From the NCBI GenBank assembly GCA_034211115.1, contig JAXHTH010000210.1, forward strand, positions 546 to 64,545: 64,000 nucleotides of DNA, in the 5' to 3' direction. Under the pieces are notes generated by a model. That model was not told the DNA's origin and ran no database searches. It saw nothing but the letters and a program-made list of their open reading frames with translations. The translations under genes were made by a program, and so were the position numbers. The DNA comes from Planctomycetota bacterium (GTDB lineage Bacteria; Planctomycetota; Phycisphaerae; Phycisphaerales; SM1A02). Within the stretch, counting starts at the first letter, position 1. Each line of letters begins with the position of its first letter. Below are positions 46,697-56,403 of the stretch, piece after piece.

Positions 46697-47709
46697 ATGA
46701 ATAGTTCACTTAATCGACGAGGCTGTGCCGATCGGGTAGGGGATGCCATATCAGGGATCACGTGAGGACGCGGCACGGCGTCGAAGGCGGGCGATGCGGC
46801 TGCTCGGTCAGGGGTGGTCGCAGGCCGAAGTCGCGCGGAAGCTGAAGGTGACTCCCGCGGCCGTCTCGCAGTGGGTGAAGGCCCACCGGGAAGGCGGCGC
46901 CGACGCGCTGCGGGCCAGACCCCATCCCGGCGCGAAGCCCCGGCTGGATGATCGCCAGCTTCAGCGGCTGGAGACGCTGCTGGAGAAGGGTCCGCGCACG
47001 CGCGGCGCCGCGACGGATCGCTGGACGCTGAGGCGGGTGGCCGAGCTGATCGAGGACCGCTTCGGGGTCGCGTACGATCCCTCCGGCGTCTGGCACCTGC
47101 TGCATCGCATGGGTTGGCGTTTTCGGAGGCCGCGAGGCCGCGGACGCGAGGACCAGGGGAACGCGCGAGCGCAATGGCGCAAGGCGGACCGCCCGGGCGT
47201 TCGGAGAGACCGGAGGAGGCGGCGTGAGGATCAGCGTCGCCGGCCACGACGGGGACACACGTGAACTGGCCGTTGAACGCACCGAGGCGTCCAGGCGATG
47301 GCGGCCGAGTCGAGGGAGCGGGCATTGACGCGACCACCCCGTCGGCCTCCTGACCGCTGCGATGTCCCGGCAGCGCCGGCGGCCCGATCGATTCTCCGAT
47401 TCCCTCGGCGGCCGGGTCGAGGCGAACAACGGGCAGCGAGTCGCACGGCGGCGTCGATCCGGACGGTGCGACATCGTCGACACCCGACGGGTTGACGGCC
47501 CCGCCCTCACGCACGCGCGGGAAAGGTCCGGTTGCGCCGCCTCGCCGAATGCAGCCGGCGACGTCTGCGGAGGGACGAGGCAATCGGGCGGTGTCGGGGC
47601 CGCTTCGCCCCGCCACGACGTCCATCACCCGCGCTGGCGCTCGCGCTCCCTTCACGCCGCCATTTCACACGCCGCACCGTCCCTGCCGCGGGTCAAGTGA
47701 ACAGTTCAA
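46697..47709 (+). mobile_element. decayed IS630-family insertion sequence (~1.0 kb)
   Basis: The left end ATGAATAGTTCACTT (46697-46711) and the right end AAGTGAACAGTTCAA (47695-47709) are inverted complements (13/15 using the array consensus TTGAATAGTTCACTT). It encodes only an N-terminal transposase fragment, and the remainder is too short and frame-broken for a DDE domain. Confidence 0.7.
46743..47264 (+). pseudogene. IS630-family transposase, N-terminal HTH/winged-helix part only
   Basis: RRAMRLLGQGWSQAEVARKLKVTPAAVSQWVKAHREGGADALRARPHPGAKPRL......RWTLRRVAELIEDRFGVAYDPSGVWHLLHRMGW follows the IS630 N-terminal pattern. It then degenerates into Arg-rich sequence with no DDE motifs. Confidence 0.7.
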
Positions 47710-47717
47710 GGCCAGTG

Positions 47718-48236
47718 TCAGTCGAAAAGCGCCAGGGCTTCATCCCAGCGGTCCTGGGCCTTGAGCAGATGCTCGATCGCTTCGCGGACGGCCCCCTGAC
47801 CGCCGGGGCGTTCGGTCTCGAACGCCGCCAGCGCGCGGACCTCGCAGGCGGCATCGGCGACGGCGATCGGGTACCCGGCCAGGCGAAGCATGGGCAGATC
47901 GGGCAGATCGTCGCCCATCACCGCGGCCTCCGAGGCCGCCAGCCCCAGGTCGTTGAGCAGGTTCCCCAGCACGTCCATCTTGTTCCGCACGCCCTGAAAA
48001 ACGTGTCGAATGCCCAGCTCATCGGCGCGATGCTGGACGGTCATGCTCGATCGCCCGGTGATGATGGCGACCTCGTGGCCGAGCCTGCGCCAGATGGTGA
48101 TGCCCGCCCCGTCGCGCGTGTGGAAGGCCTTCGTCTCCACGCCGCGGGCGTCGATGGACACGAGCCCATCGCTGAGCACGCCGTCCACGTCGAGGACGAG
48201 CAGTCGTATTCTCCGGGCCGCATCATCGTCGGGCAT
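47718..48236 (-). CDS. kdsC: 3-deoxy-D-manno-octulosonate 8-phosphate phosphatase (HAD-IIIA)
   Basis: IRLLVLDVDGVLSDG, AFHTRDGAGI, VAIITGRSS and AVMGDDLPDLPM match the KdsC family at the typical ~170 aa size. Confidence 0.85.
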   Translation of the reverse strand: MPDDDAARRIRLLVLDVDGVLSDGLVSIDARGVETKAFHTRDGAGITIWRRLGHEVAIITGRSSMTVQHRADELGIRHVFQGVRNKMDVLGNLLNDLGLAASEAAVMGDDLPDLPMLRLAGYPIAVADAACEVRALAAFETERPGGQGAVREAIEHLLKAQDRWDEALALFD

Positions 48237-48300
48237 GGGGTCCGTTCCGGGGGTCCGCTGCGGAAGGGGATCAATGAGGCACAGTGTACCGGCTTGGCGT

Positions 48301-48891
48301 TCAGCGGAGCGTGCGGCGCATGATCGGGCGGGTGGGGGAACGGCGCAGGACTTCCCGGAAGCGTGCCTTCTCGAAGGCCGCGGGCAGGCCGGTCCAGGCG
48401 AACGCGTCCGGGATCGCTCCCTTGCGGGGCTCGACGGGGTAGCCTTCGACGATCTTCGCCCCGCCGCGCCGGGCGTACTGCACCGCCGCCTCGATGAGCT
48501 TCACCGACAGGCCGCTTCGGCGATGGGGCCGGGCGACGAAAAAGCACGTGATCGACCAAACCGGCTTCTCGTCAATCGGTTTGAGGACACGCGAGCGATT
48601 GAGCGAGGGGTACTCCTCGCGGGGGGCGATTGCGCACCAGCCGGCGGGTTCGCCATCGACGTAGGCGAGCACGCCCGGCTCGTGACCGTCACGAACGATC
48701 TTCCGGAACGCGCGTTTGTTGGGTGCGCCTTTCTTCTTCTCGAACTCGGCGCGGGTCATCCGCCACCACATGCACCAGCACCCGCCGCACGCGCCGCGTT
48801 CGCCGAAGAGCGCCTCGAGGTCGCCCCAGCGCTCGGGCGTGAGCGGGTGGAAGGCGAGGCGCGCGGAGGGTGGTTTCTTCATCTTCGCCAT
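48301..48891 (-). CDS. GNAT family N-acetyltransferase
   Basis: GACGGCWCMWWR N-terminal motif and the acetyl-CoA region FFVARPHRRSGLSVKLIEAAVQYARRGGAKIVEGYP. Confidence 0.8.
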   Translation of the reverse strand: MAKMKKPPSARLAFHPLTPERWGDLEALFGERGACGGCWCMWWRMTRAEFEKKKGAPNKRAFRKIVRDGHEPGVLAYVDGEPAGWCAIAPREEYPSLNRSRVLKPIDEKPVWSITCFFVARPHRRSGLSVKLIEAAVQYARRGGAKIVEGYPVEPRKGAIPDAFAWTGLPAAFEKARFREVLRRSPTRPIMRRTLR

Positions 48892-48931
48892 GGTCGATCG
48901 GATCGCCGGAGGCGCCCGGCCTTCGTCCGCT

Positions 48932-49285
48932 TCAGGCTTCCGTCTTCGGCCTGAACGCCAGGCGGGCGCGGTTCACGTCCGGATAGATCTCGAAGAACGT
49001 GTCGAGGCGGGTGAGCTCGAGGGCCTGGGGGACGATCCCGCCGATGGCGGCGAGCTTCACATCGCCGCCGTGTTCGCGCATCCGCTTGTGGAGCCGCAGC
49101 AGCACGCCCAGGCCGTAGCTGGAGATGTAGTTCAGCCTGCCGCAGTCGACGATGATCTTGCGCACACCCGCATCCACGAGCTTCTCGAGGCTCGTGATGA
49201 ACTGGTCGGCGGTGTCCGTGTTCAAGCCCCCATCGGCGATGAGGATGAGCACATCGTTGTCGATCTCGTCGTGGTAGAACTCCAT
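48932..49285 (-). CDS. STAS-domain anti-sigma-factor antagonist
   Basis: VLILIADGGLNTDTADQF...KIIVDCGRLNYISSYGLGVLLRLHKRMREHGGDVKLAAI (SpoIIAA-like, with the conserved Ser in YISSYGLG). Start is the ATG at 49285. Confidence 0.8.
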   Translation of the reverse strand: MEFYHDEIDNDVLILIADGGLNTDTADQFITSLEKLVDAGVRKIIVDCGRLNYISSYGLGVLLRLHKRMREHGGDVKLAAIGGIVPQALELTRLDTFFEIYPDVNRARLAFRPKTEA

Positions 49286-49408
49286 GGGCGGGCCATGATA
49301 GAGACTGAAGCAGGCGCGTGGGAAGGCGGATCGGCGTGATTCCGCCGGATTCTCGCGCTCTGCGGTCCCACCCGGGCGGGACGCCCGGGCCACCTTCCAT
49401 GTGATGCG

Positions 49409-51055
49409 CTAATCGACCAGCTCCGACTCCGGCACGTCCTCGGGCTTGGGCTGGAGGTAGAACTGGTCGGGTCGCTCGCGGAGCACCCGCCGCAGCCACG
49501 CCTCGGAATACCCCAGCTCCTCGGCGCGGCCGGGCTCGTTCTGGACGTAGCCGTCGTTGTATTTCCTGATGAGATACTCGCCCAGCTCGCGGTAGCGTTT
49601 CACGACGAGTTCGCCGTGCGTGACGCAGTAATCGGTGAGGTAGCGCTTCATCAGCTCGGGATCGGTCTTCGCGAGCCGCGCGGCCGTCTCCTCGACCGCG
49701 GGCTGGAGGGCGAGGAACGTGCCCTCCAGCTCCTGCTGCACCGCCTTGATGTCCTCGGCCATGTACCGATAGCGCAGGTTGGCGTAGTTGGCGACGAAGT
49801 TGAACACCCACCACGCCGAATCCCATGAGAACTCCTTCATGCTGCCGATGGTGAACGACTCGGGCAGCGCATCGATCCCGCAATAGAGCGGGATGTAGCA
49901 CGTGAGGTACGTGTCATCGACCGCGTACCAGTAGACGCCGCCCACCGGGTCCGGCAGCCACGAGCGTGACTGGGAGACGAAGGTGAAACCCGTCTGTTGC
50001 GTGGAAATCGGGCGCTCCCACGCGTACTCGACATCGTCGACGGTCCAGCTGATCGGCCGCCAGCGGTTGGGCGTCCCGTAGGGCCCGGCGTCGACGCCCT
50101 TCGTCATGTCGAACTCGGTCCCCTCGAAGTGATCGCGCATCAGGGAGAAGACATCCCCGACGGACAGCTTCTCGTCGGGCTCGATCCACAGCGGATACGG
50201 CTCGGCGCCTTCCTTGCCGCGGTAGTAGTCGGATGAGAGGTTCATCGACGGCGCCGCGCGTCGAAACATGCTCCACACCCGGCCGTCCGCGTAGCGGCGA
50301 TTGCGCGGCGTGGCCGGGCAGTAGGCCTCGCAGTAGCGGAAGGGCTCGCCCGAGTCGGGGTCGTAGTAGCCTCTCTCGATGGCGAAGGAGATCACGTTCT
50401 CGCTGTAGAGGCAGTTGTCGGGATCATCGAGCGGGAATTCGCCGATGCGGGCCTTGTTCGCGTGGGCGCAGATGCAGCCGTCGGGCACGCGTCGGGCGAC
50501 CCACAGCGCCCCCTCGCCCCCCGGGCCCGGGCCGATGATCTCCAGCAGCCAGGCCTCCTCGGTGTCGGCGATGGAGATCGACTCGCCCGTCGAGCCGTAG
50601 CCGTGCTCGGCGACGAGCTCGGTGATGACGGTGATTGCCTCGCGCGCGGTCTTCGCGCGCTGGAGGGCCAGCCGCATCAGGTCCCAATAATGCAGGAGGC
50701 CGTCGGGATTCTGCAGCTCCTTCCGGCCGTCGAAGGTCGTCTCGCTGATGGCGAGCTGATGCTCGTTCATGAGGCCGACGACGGCGTAGGTGTGGGGGAC
50801 CTGCTCGATGGTGCCGCGCACCTCCCCGCCCCAGCGGGTGATCTGGATCGTCTCGCCCGGCTCGTGGTCGGCGGCGGGGATGCGGCGCAGATGGGGGTGG
50901 AACTCGCCGTCGCAGGTGTAGGTGATCATCACCGATCCGTCCTGCGAGGCGCCCCTGGTGACGAGCAGGTTCGTGCACGCCCGCGCCGACGGCAGGGGCA
51001 GGGCGGCGGCGAGGAGCAGGCACGCGGCGGGGAGGAGCGGATTCATTCTCATCAA
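49409..51055 (-). CDS. C69-family dipeptidase (secreted)
   Basis: A signal peptide is followed by the N-terminal nucleophile context ARACTNLLVTRGASQDGSVMITYTCD. Length (~548 aa) and internal motifs (GESISIADTEEAWLLEI, AHANKARI) fit peptidase C69. Confidence 0.9.
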   Translation of the reverse strand: MMRMNPLLPAACLLLAAALPLPSARACTNLLVTRGASQDGSVMITYTCDGEFHPHLRRIPAADHEPGETIQITRWGGEVRGTIEQVPHTYAVVGLMNEHQLAISETTFDGRKELQNPDGLLHYWDLMRLALQRAKTAREAITVITELVAEHGYGSTGESISIADTEEAWLLEIIGPGPGGEGALWVARRVPDGCICAHANKARIGEFPLDDPDNCLYSENVISFAIERGYYDPDSGEPFRYCEAYCPATPRNRRYADGRVWSMFRRAAPSMNLSSDYYRGKEGAEPYPLWIEPDEKLSVGDVFSLMRDHFEGTEFDMTKGVDAGPYGTPNRWRPISWTVDDVEYAWERPISTQQTGFTFVSQSRSWLPDPVGGVYWYAVDDTYLTCYIPLYCGIDALPESFTIGSMKEFSWDSAWWVFNFVANYANLRYRYMAEDIKAVQQELEGTFLALQPAVEETAARLAKTDPELMKRYLTDYCVTHGELVVKRYRELGEYLIRKYNDGYVQNEPGRAEELGYSEAWLRRVLRERPDQFYLQPKPEDVPESELVD

Positions 51056-51482
51056 AACGGCCTTTCCTGGTTCGTCGGCGGACGCGAGCCGGAGGAGAGC
51101 CGTCGAGCATCAACGCGGCCGGGCACGCACCGAGTTACCGGTCATACCGACGTCATCGGGGAGGAGTTCCGCCCCCTTCGGCGCGACGGCGGTCGCCAGT
51201 GTAGCGGCGTTCCCGTCCCGGACTCGGAAGCGCGGCGGCGAAGAAGACGCGGCCGGCCGGTCCGGATCAGATCGGCCGATGGCGATGGAACGGGGATGCG
51301 ATTGAGAATCCCTCGCGATTCGCGCAATCGCCGACACCCGCGCGGCCGTGCCGAAGGACGCCGCTTAAGATCTCAGGCAATCGGAACTTGCACTCACGAG
51401 CCCGGGATGTGGACGTGCCCGCCCGGACAGTCGGCCGCGATCGGGACGCCCGCAACACACTCAACAAGGGGCTGGGATTCCA

Positions 51483-52364
51483 ATGAACAGAACGATGACT
51501 GCCCGCAGCACGCTGTCCGGTTTCGTCCTGGTCGGAATGAGCCTGCTCTTCGGCGCGGCGGGGCCGGATGTTCAGGAGCAGGCGGCCGCGTCCTTCGACG
51601 AAGGCCGCGCGCTTCTGGCGCAGGCGGACTTCGAGGGCGCCGCCGCCGCGTTCGCCACCGCCGCGAAAGCCGATCCGCAGAACCAGGCGTATCGGAATCA
51701 GTACGCGCTGATCCGCCGCGTGATGATCCTGCGCGATGCGATGGAGCGCGAGCAGGACAATGCGCGCTGGGACGCGATGGCCCGCGCCATCCGGTCCTTC
51801 TATTACGACAATGCCGTGTACGGAGAGGCGCTGTCGCTGGACCGTCAGCGTCACGTGAGGATCGGGGGCCTCGAGTCGGCCACCCTGCTGGCGGAGACGC
51901 AGCTCGAGCTGGACATGAACGACGAGACCGTCAGCCTGCTGGATCGATTCGAGCGGGAAGAGCAGACGCCGCGCTCGCGCACGCTGCTCGGCATCGCCCT
52001 CGCCCGGCTTGAGCGGCTCGATGAGGCGGCCCCGATCGCCCGGGCATGCGCGCTTCCGGACGGCGTCGATCCTGCACTCTGCTTTGATCTGGCCCGCCTG
52101 CACTGTCTGCTCGGCGAGCAGGAGGCCGCGAGCAGGGCGCTGACACGCTGCTTCCGGACCACGCTTCCCAGTCGCCTGGAGGCGGCGAAACAGCGCGCCG
52201 AAGCGCACCCGGACCTGCGCGCTCTCGCGTCGTCGGCCGGCTTCGCCGCCGTGCTGTCCACGAGTTCGCAGATCAGCGAATCATCGTGCAGCGGCGGCGC
52301 GGGATGCGGAAGCTGTCCCAGCCGCTCCACCTGCGGCGGAGAAGCGGAGAAAGGCGGATCCTGA
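51483..52364 (+). CDS. secreted TPR-like helical-repeat protein with Cys-rich C-terminal tail
   Basis: Signal peptide and Ala/Leu-rich helical repeats (EGRALLAQADFEGAAAAFATAAKADPQN...). The tail is SESSCSGGAGCGSCPSRSTCGGEAEKGGS. Confidence 0.65.
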   Translation: MNRTMTARSTLSGFVLVGMSLLFGAAGPDVQEQAAASFDEGRALLAQADFEGAAAAFATAAKADPQNQAYRNQYALIRRVMILRDAMEREQDNARWDAMARAIRSFYYDNAVYGEALSLDRQRHVRIGGLESATLLAETQLELDMNDETVSLLDRFEREEQTPRSRTLLGIALARLERLDEAAPIARACALPDGVDPALCFDLARLHCLLGEQEAASRALTRCFRTTLPSRLEAAKQRAEAHPDLRALASSAGFAAVLSTSSQISESSCSGGAGCGSCPSRSTCGGEAEKGGS

Positions 52365-52405
52365 GGTGCTTTCACCCGCGAGGGCCGGCTTCCGCTGACC
52401 TGCCG

Positions 52406-53593
52406 ATGAGAACCAGACGGCGCATCATCCAGGCCGCGTTCCTTCTCCTCACGATCGTCGGCGTCTTTCTCGTCCGCGGGAACGCCGAGCGCTGGTGTCC
52501 GTTCGGCGGCGTCGAGGCGGCCTACACCTACATCGCGGAAGGCAACATGATCTGCTCACTGGGCGTGAGCAACTTCTACATCCTCGGCGGGCTTCTGGTG
52601 TTGACGCTCCTTCTCCGGCGCGCCTTCTGCGGGTACGTCTGCCCGATCGGCGCCCTGTCGGAATGGCTTCAGGGCGGCGCGAGGAAGTTCGGTGTGAAGC
52701 CTCTCACCGTGCCGCGCGCCCTCGATCGCGCCCTTTCCGTGATGAAATACCTCCTCCTCGCCCTCATCCTCGTCATGACCTGGCGCACGGCGGAACTCTG
52801 GTTCCGCGGGTTCGATCCGTGCTACGCGATGCTGGGCCGTCATGGCGAGGACATCACGATCTGGGCCTACATCGTGGCCGGAGCGATCGTGCTCGCCTCG
52901 CTGCTGATCATCGTGCCGTTCTGCCGGTGGCTCTGCCCGCTGGCGGCGGTGATGCATCCGTTCTCCCGCTTCGGCTTTGCCCGCATCAAGCGCGACGGCG
53001 AGACGTGCATCGACTGTAACAAGTGCTCGAACGTCTGCCCGATGGCGATCCCGGTCGCGAAGCTGAAGGAAGTGCACGCAGCGCGCTGCACGGCGTGCCT
53101 GGAGTGCCTCAGCGCCTGCCCGGAGGCGCGCGGTCGGCGCGCTCTGGCATGGGGCCCGCCGCGGAGGCTCGGCGGCGCCTGGCCGCAGACGGTGCTGATC
53201 GTGATTCTCCTGCTTTCGCTCACCGCGGCGGTGGTGGCCAGCTACGCCTGGCCGATTCCCTCATTCGTGCAGGTGCGCGGGACGCCGCCGGCGGAGATTT
53301 CGACCGTCGAAATGCGGATCGAAGAGCTCACCTGCCGCGGACGCGGAACGATGCTCTGGTACTTCCTCCAGCGCGACGACCTGTATGCCGTCGACGGCTA
53401 CCTGAAGCTGGAGGCGTGGCCGGGCCCGGGCGCGGCGCGGGCGGTGGTCACCTTTGATCCCGCCCTCGCCGACGAGACGCGCATCAGGCAGGCGATCACG
53501 GAGCCGTTCTACGACGTCGCGGCAGACTTCTGGCGCCCCTCGCCGTTCGCGATCGAAGGATACGATCCACTGGATCTGCTCGGCGGGGGGTGA
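52406..53593 (+). CDS. membrane-bound 4Fe-4S polyferredoxin (NapH/MauN/NosR-like) with HMA-like C-terminal domain
   Basis: CX3CP motifs sit beside TM helices (RWCPFGG, FCGYVCPIGA, FCRWLCPLAA). There are two ferredoxin motifs, CIDCNKCSNVCP and CTACLECLSACP. Start is the ATG at 52406 (MRTRRRIIQ). Confidence 0.8.
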   Translation: MRTRRRIIQAAFLLLTIVGVFLVRGNAERWCPFGGVEAAYTYIAEGNMICSLGVSNFYILGGLLVLTLLLRRAFCGYVCPIGALSEWLQGGARKFGVKPLTVPRALDRALSVMKYLLLALILVMTWRTAELWFRGFDPCYAMLGRHGEDITIWAYIVAGAIVLASLLIIVPFCRWLCPLAAVMHPFSRFGFARIKRDGETCIDCNKCSNVCPMAIPVAKLKEVHAARCTACLECLSACPEARGRRALAWGPPRRLGGAWPQTVLIVILLLSLTAAVVASYAWPIPSFVQVRGTPPAEISTVEMRIEELTCRGRGTMLWYFLQRDDLYAVDGYLKLEAWPGPGAARAVVTFDPALADETRIRQAITEPFYDVAADFWRPSPFAIEGYDPLDLLGGG

Positions 53594-53691
53594 GTCTGTT
53601 CGTGTTTGGGGTATGAATGCGAGGAGGCAAGCCTGCTGCGGCTGCTTGCTGACGTCCCGCGTCTCAAGACTCGCGCCTCAGGACTGAGGAC

Positions 53692-54522
53692 TCAAGCCTC
53701 ACTCTTCGCCGCTCTCCTCAGCGCGGCCAGTTCTCCGGTGGCCAGTTCGCGCCACTGGCCGGGCTTGAGGCCGGCGAGCTTGAGCGGTCCCATCCGCACG
53801 CGGCGGAGCTTTTTCACCTTATGGCCGACCCGGAGCATCATCCGCCGCACTTCCCGGTTGCGACCCTCCCGCAACTCCATCAGGAGAAGCGTCCGGTCGC
53901 GGCCGCGTTTCATGAGCGTCAGTTTCGATCGCCGCGTCTTCCGGCCCGGCTTCCTTCCCTTCGAGGCGCGTCGCTCGCTGAGAAAGATCCCCGATTCCAG
54001 CTTCTTCACCGCCTCTTCATCCAGCGAGCCCTCGACGGTGACTTCGTAGACCTTCTGCACGCCGTAGCGCGGATGGGTGAGACGGTTGGCGAGTTGGCCG
54101 TCGTTGGTGAGCAGGAGCAGGCCGGAGCTGTCGGCATCGAGCCGGCCGACGGGATACAGCCGCGGTCGGCTCGGGAGCCTGACGAGGTCGATCGCCCGGC
54201 GGCGGCCCTCCGGATCGCGGTTCGTGCACACCACGCCGCGCGGCTTGTAGAGCATGACATAAACGGGTTTCTCGACGCGGCCGATGCGACGGCCGCCGAC
54301 CTTGATGTGATCGCGGGCCGGATCGACCCAGGCGGGCAGCGAGTTGACGACGTGGCCGTTGACGGTCACCTCGCCGGCCTCGATGAGTGCCTCGCACGCC
54401 CGGCGGGAGCCGACCCCCGCCTCCGCGAGGACCTTCTGGAGCCGCGGCCCGCGCGAGTCATCCGTGAAGGAATGCTCGCCCGGCGAGGGGTCGGATCGGC
54501 TTTTCCAGCCCGGTGAGGTCAT
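53692..54522 (-). CDS. rluB: 23S rRNA pseudouridine synthase, RsuA/RluB family
   Basis: S4 domain RLQKVLAEAGVGSRRACEALIEAGEVTVNG, catalytic PVGRLDADSSGLLLLTNDG and a basic C-terminal tail. Confidence 0.85.
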   Translation of the reverse strand: MTSPGWKSRSDPSPGEHSFTDDSRGPRLQKVLAEAGVGSRRACEALIEAGEVTVNGHVVNSLPAWVDPARDHIKVGGRRIGRVEKPVYVMLYKPRGVVCTNRDPEGRRRAIDLVRLPSRPRLYPVGRLDADSSGLLLLTNDGQLANRLTHPRYGVQKVYEVTVEGSLDEEAVKKLESGIFLSERRASKGRKPGRKTRRSKLTLMKRGRDRTLLLMELREGRNREVRRMMLRVGHKVKKLRRVRMGPLKLAGLKPGQWRELATGELAALRRAAKSEA

Positions 54523-54549
54523 CCGGCGTGGCGTTCCCTTGGTCCCGGC

Positions 54550-56388
54550 GTGTACGCTGGTGGCATGATCTGCACCAATCTACTCATCGTGGCCGCGCTG
54601 TGCAGCACCGGCGAGGCGCGTTTTGTCGATGTTACCGACGCCGTCGGGCTGGGAGCGGATGTCATCCCCGCCAAGGTCGCCCGCGTCTGCCTGGCCGATC
54701 TGGACGGCGACGGCCGGCCGGATGCGGTCATCGACCGCCACCGCGTGTTCCTCAACCGGCCGGATCCCGACTCGCCGATCGGCCGGCGTTTCGTCGAGGT
54801 GGCCCCGGAGCCCCCGGAAGGTGGGGCCCTGCCCGTGCCGGTGCGGGGGACGCTCACCGTCTTCGCCGATCTCGACAACGATGGCCGCCTCGATGCGATC
54901 ATCACCGAGTACATCGATGCCAACAACGACAAATGGGAGGACCACGGTCGGCGCACGCGCTGGCGGCCCGGGCGCGGCGACGGCACGTTCGCCGAGCCGC
55001 TGCCCTTCCCGTCCGCCACGCCGGCGACGACGTGCGCCGTCGCCGTCGGCGATGTCGATCGCAACGGCCGGCTCGATCTCTGGCTGGGCAACTGGTACGA
55101 GCAATACGGCGCTTCGTACGCCGGCTACCGCAATGAACTCCTGATGCCGCTGTTCACGCGGCACCCGGGCATTCGCAGCAGTGACTGGCTGTGTCGGCGC
55201 CTGCCGCGCGTAGACGAAGCGCCCCCCGCCGATGACGTGAGGGAGGAGGCCGCTGACGAGGAGGATGCGTTCGATGAGGAGCGCGACGCCGCCGGCCGAC
55301 CGACCTACGGCGCGATGATCGCCGATCTCGATGGCCGCGCCCGGCCGGAGCTGCTCGAGCTCAACTACGGCCGGCGGTGGAATCGATGCTGGCGGTGGAA
55401 GCAGGAGCGGCGCGGGGACGGGCCGGTCGTCTGGTGGGACAACGTCGCCCCCGAAATCGGCTTCGACGGCGATGACGTCCGCCACGGCCGGTATCCCGAC
55501 TGGGCCGTGCAGCGCATGGCGCAGCGCGATCCGCCCATCGAGCTCGAGCCGGAGAAGCCCTTCCGATCCAACGGCAACACCTTCGACTGCTCGGTGGGCG
55601 ACATCGACAACGATGGCGATTTCGACATCTTCCTCGCCGAGATCACCCACGGCTGGGCGGGCGAATCATCGGATCGCTCGCGCTTCCTTGTCAACCGGCC
55701 GGGTGAAGGGCTGTCGCGTCAATTCGACTACGATCCGCGTCTGAGCGTCGATCGCATCCCCGAAGGCGTCAACAACTGGAACCAGGGCGACCTCTTCTGT
55801 GAGCTGGCCGACCTGAACCACGACACGCGGCTCGACCTGGTCCTCTCATCCGGTGATTACCCGGACGATCAGCGCCTGCGCATCTTCCTCCAGCAGGAAG
55901 ACGGCACGTTCAATGATGAGACAGCCGCGCTCGGGCTCGATCACGACGGCGCGCAGCAGGTGAGTCTCGGCGATATCGATGCCGATGGCGATCTGGACAT
56001 CCTCGTCGGTCAGACGTTCTTCCGGTACAACGCCGAGCAGAAGGCCGGGCGCGCACCCCACCCCCGGCTCTTCATTAACGAAACTTCCGGGGGTCGGAAG
56101 TCGATCACGCTGCGATTGAAAGGCGATGGCGAGCAGGTGTCATCCGATGCGCTGGGCGCGATCGTGCGGGCGAAGCTCGCCGATGGTACGATGATGAGCC
56201 GCCAGCTCATCGGCATCGGCGGGCACGCGGGCAAGCAGCGGGCGTTTCTTCTTCACTTCGGCCTCGGCGAGGCAATGCAGGTCGAGGAGCTGGTCGTCGA
56301 ATGGCCCGATCAGGGGGGAACCGTGCAGCGGTTCGAGGATGTGAAGGCGGGGCGGTATGCGCTGACCTTCGGCGGGGAGTTGGAATAA
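54550..56388 (+). CDS. CRTAC1-family protein (FG-GAP/VCBS repeats + ASPIC/UnbV C-terminal domain)
   Basis: Repeated DLDGDGRPD / DLDNDGRLD / DVDRNGRLDL / DIDNDGDFDI / DIDADGDLDI motifs. The C-terminus is LGAIVRAKLADGTMMSRQLIGIGGHAGKQRAFLLHFGLG...VEWPDQG. Confidence 0.8.
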   Translation: MYAGGMICTNLLIVAALCSTGEARFVDVTDAVGLGADVIPAKVARVCLADLDGDGRPDAVIDRHRVFLNRPDPDSPIGRRFVEVAPEPPEGGALPVPVRGTLTVFADLDNDGRLDAIITEYIDANNDKWEDHGRRTRWRPGRGDGTFAEPLPFPSATPATTCAVAVGDVDRNGRLDLWLGNWYEQYGASYAGYRNELLMPLFTRHPGIRSSDWLCRRLPRVDEAPPADDVREEAADEEDAFDEERDAAGRPTYGAMIADLDGRARPELLELNYGRRWNRCWRWKQERRGDGPVVWWDNVAPEIGFDGDDVRHGRYPDWAVQRMAQRDPPIELEPEKPFRSNGNTFDCSVGDIDNDGDFDIFLAEITHGWAGESSDRSRFLVNRPGEGLSRQFDYDPRLSVDRIPEGVNNWNQGDLFCELADLNHDTRLDLVLSSGDYPDDQRLRIFLQQEDGTFNDETAALGLDHDGAQQVSLGDIDADGDLDILVGQTFFRYNAEQKAGRAPHPRLFINETSGGRKSITLRLKGDGEQVSSDALGAIVRAKLADGTMMSRQLIGIGGHAGKQRAFLLHFGLGEAMQVEELVVEWPDQGGTVQRFEDVKAGRYALTFGGELE

Positions 56389-56403
56389 GAAGAAGAGTTG
56401 AAA

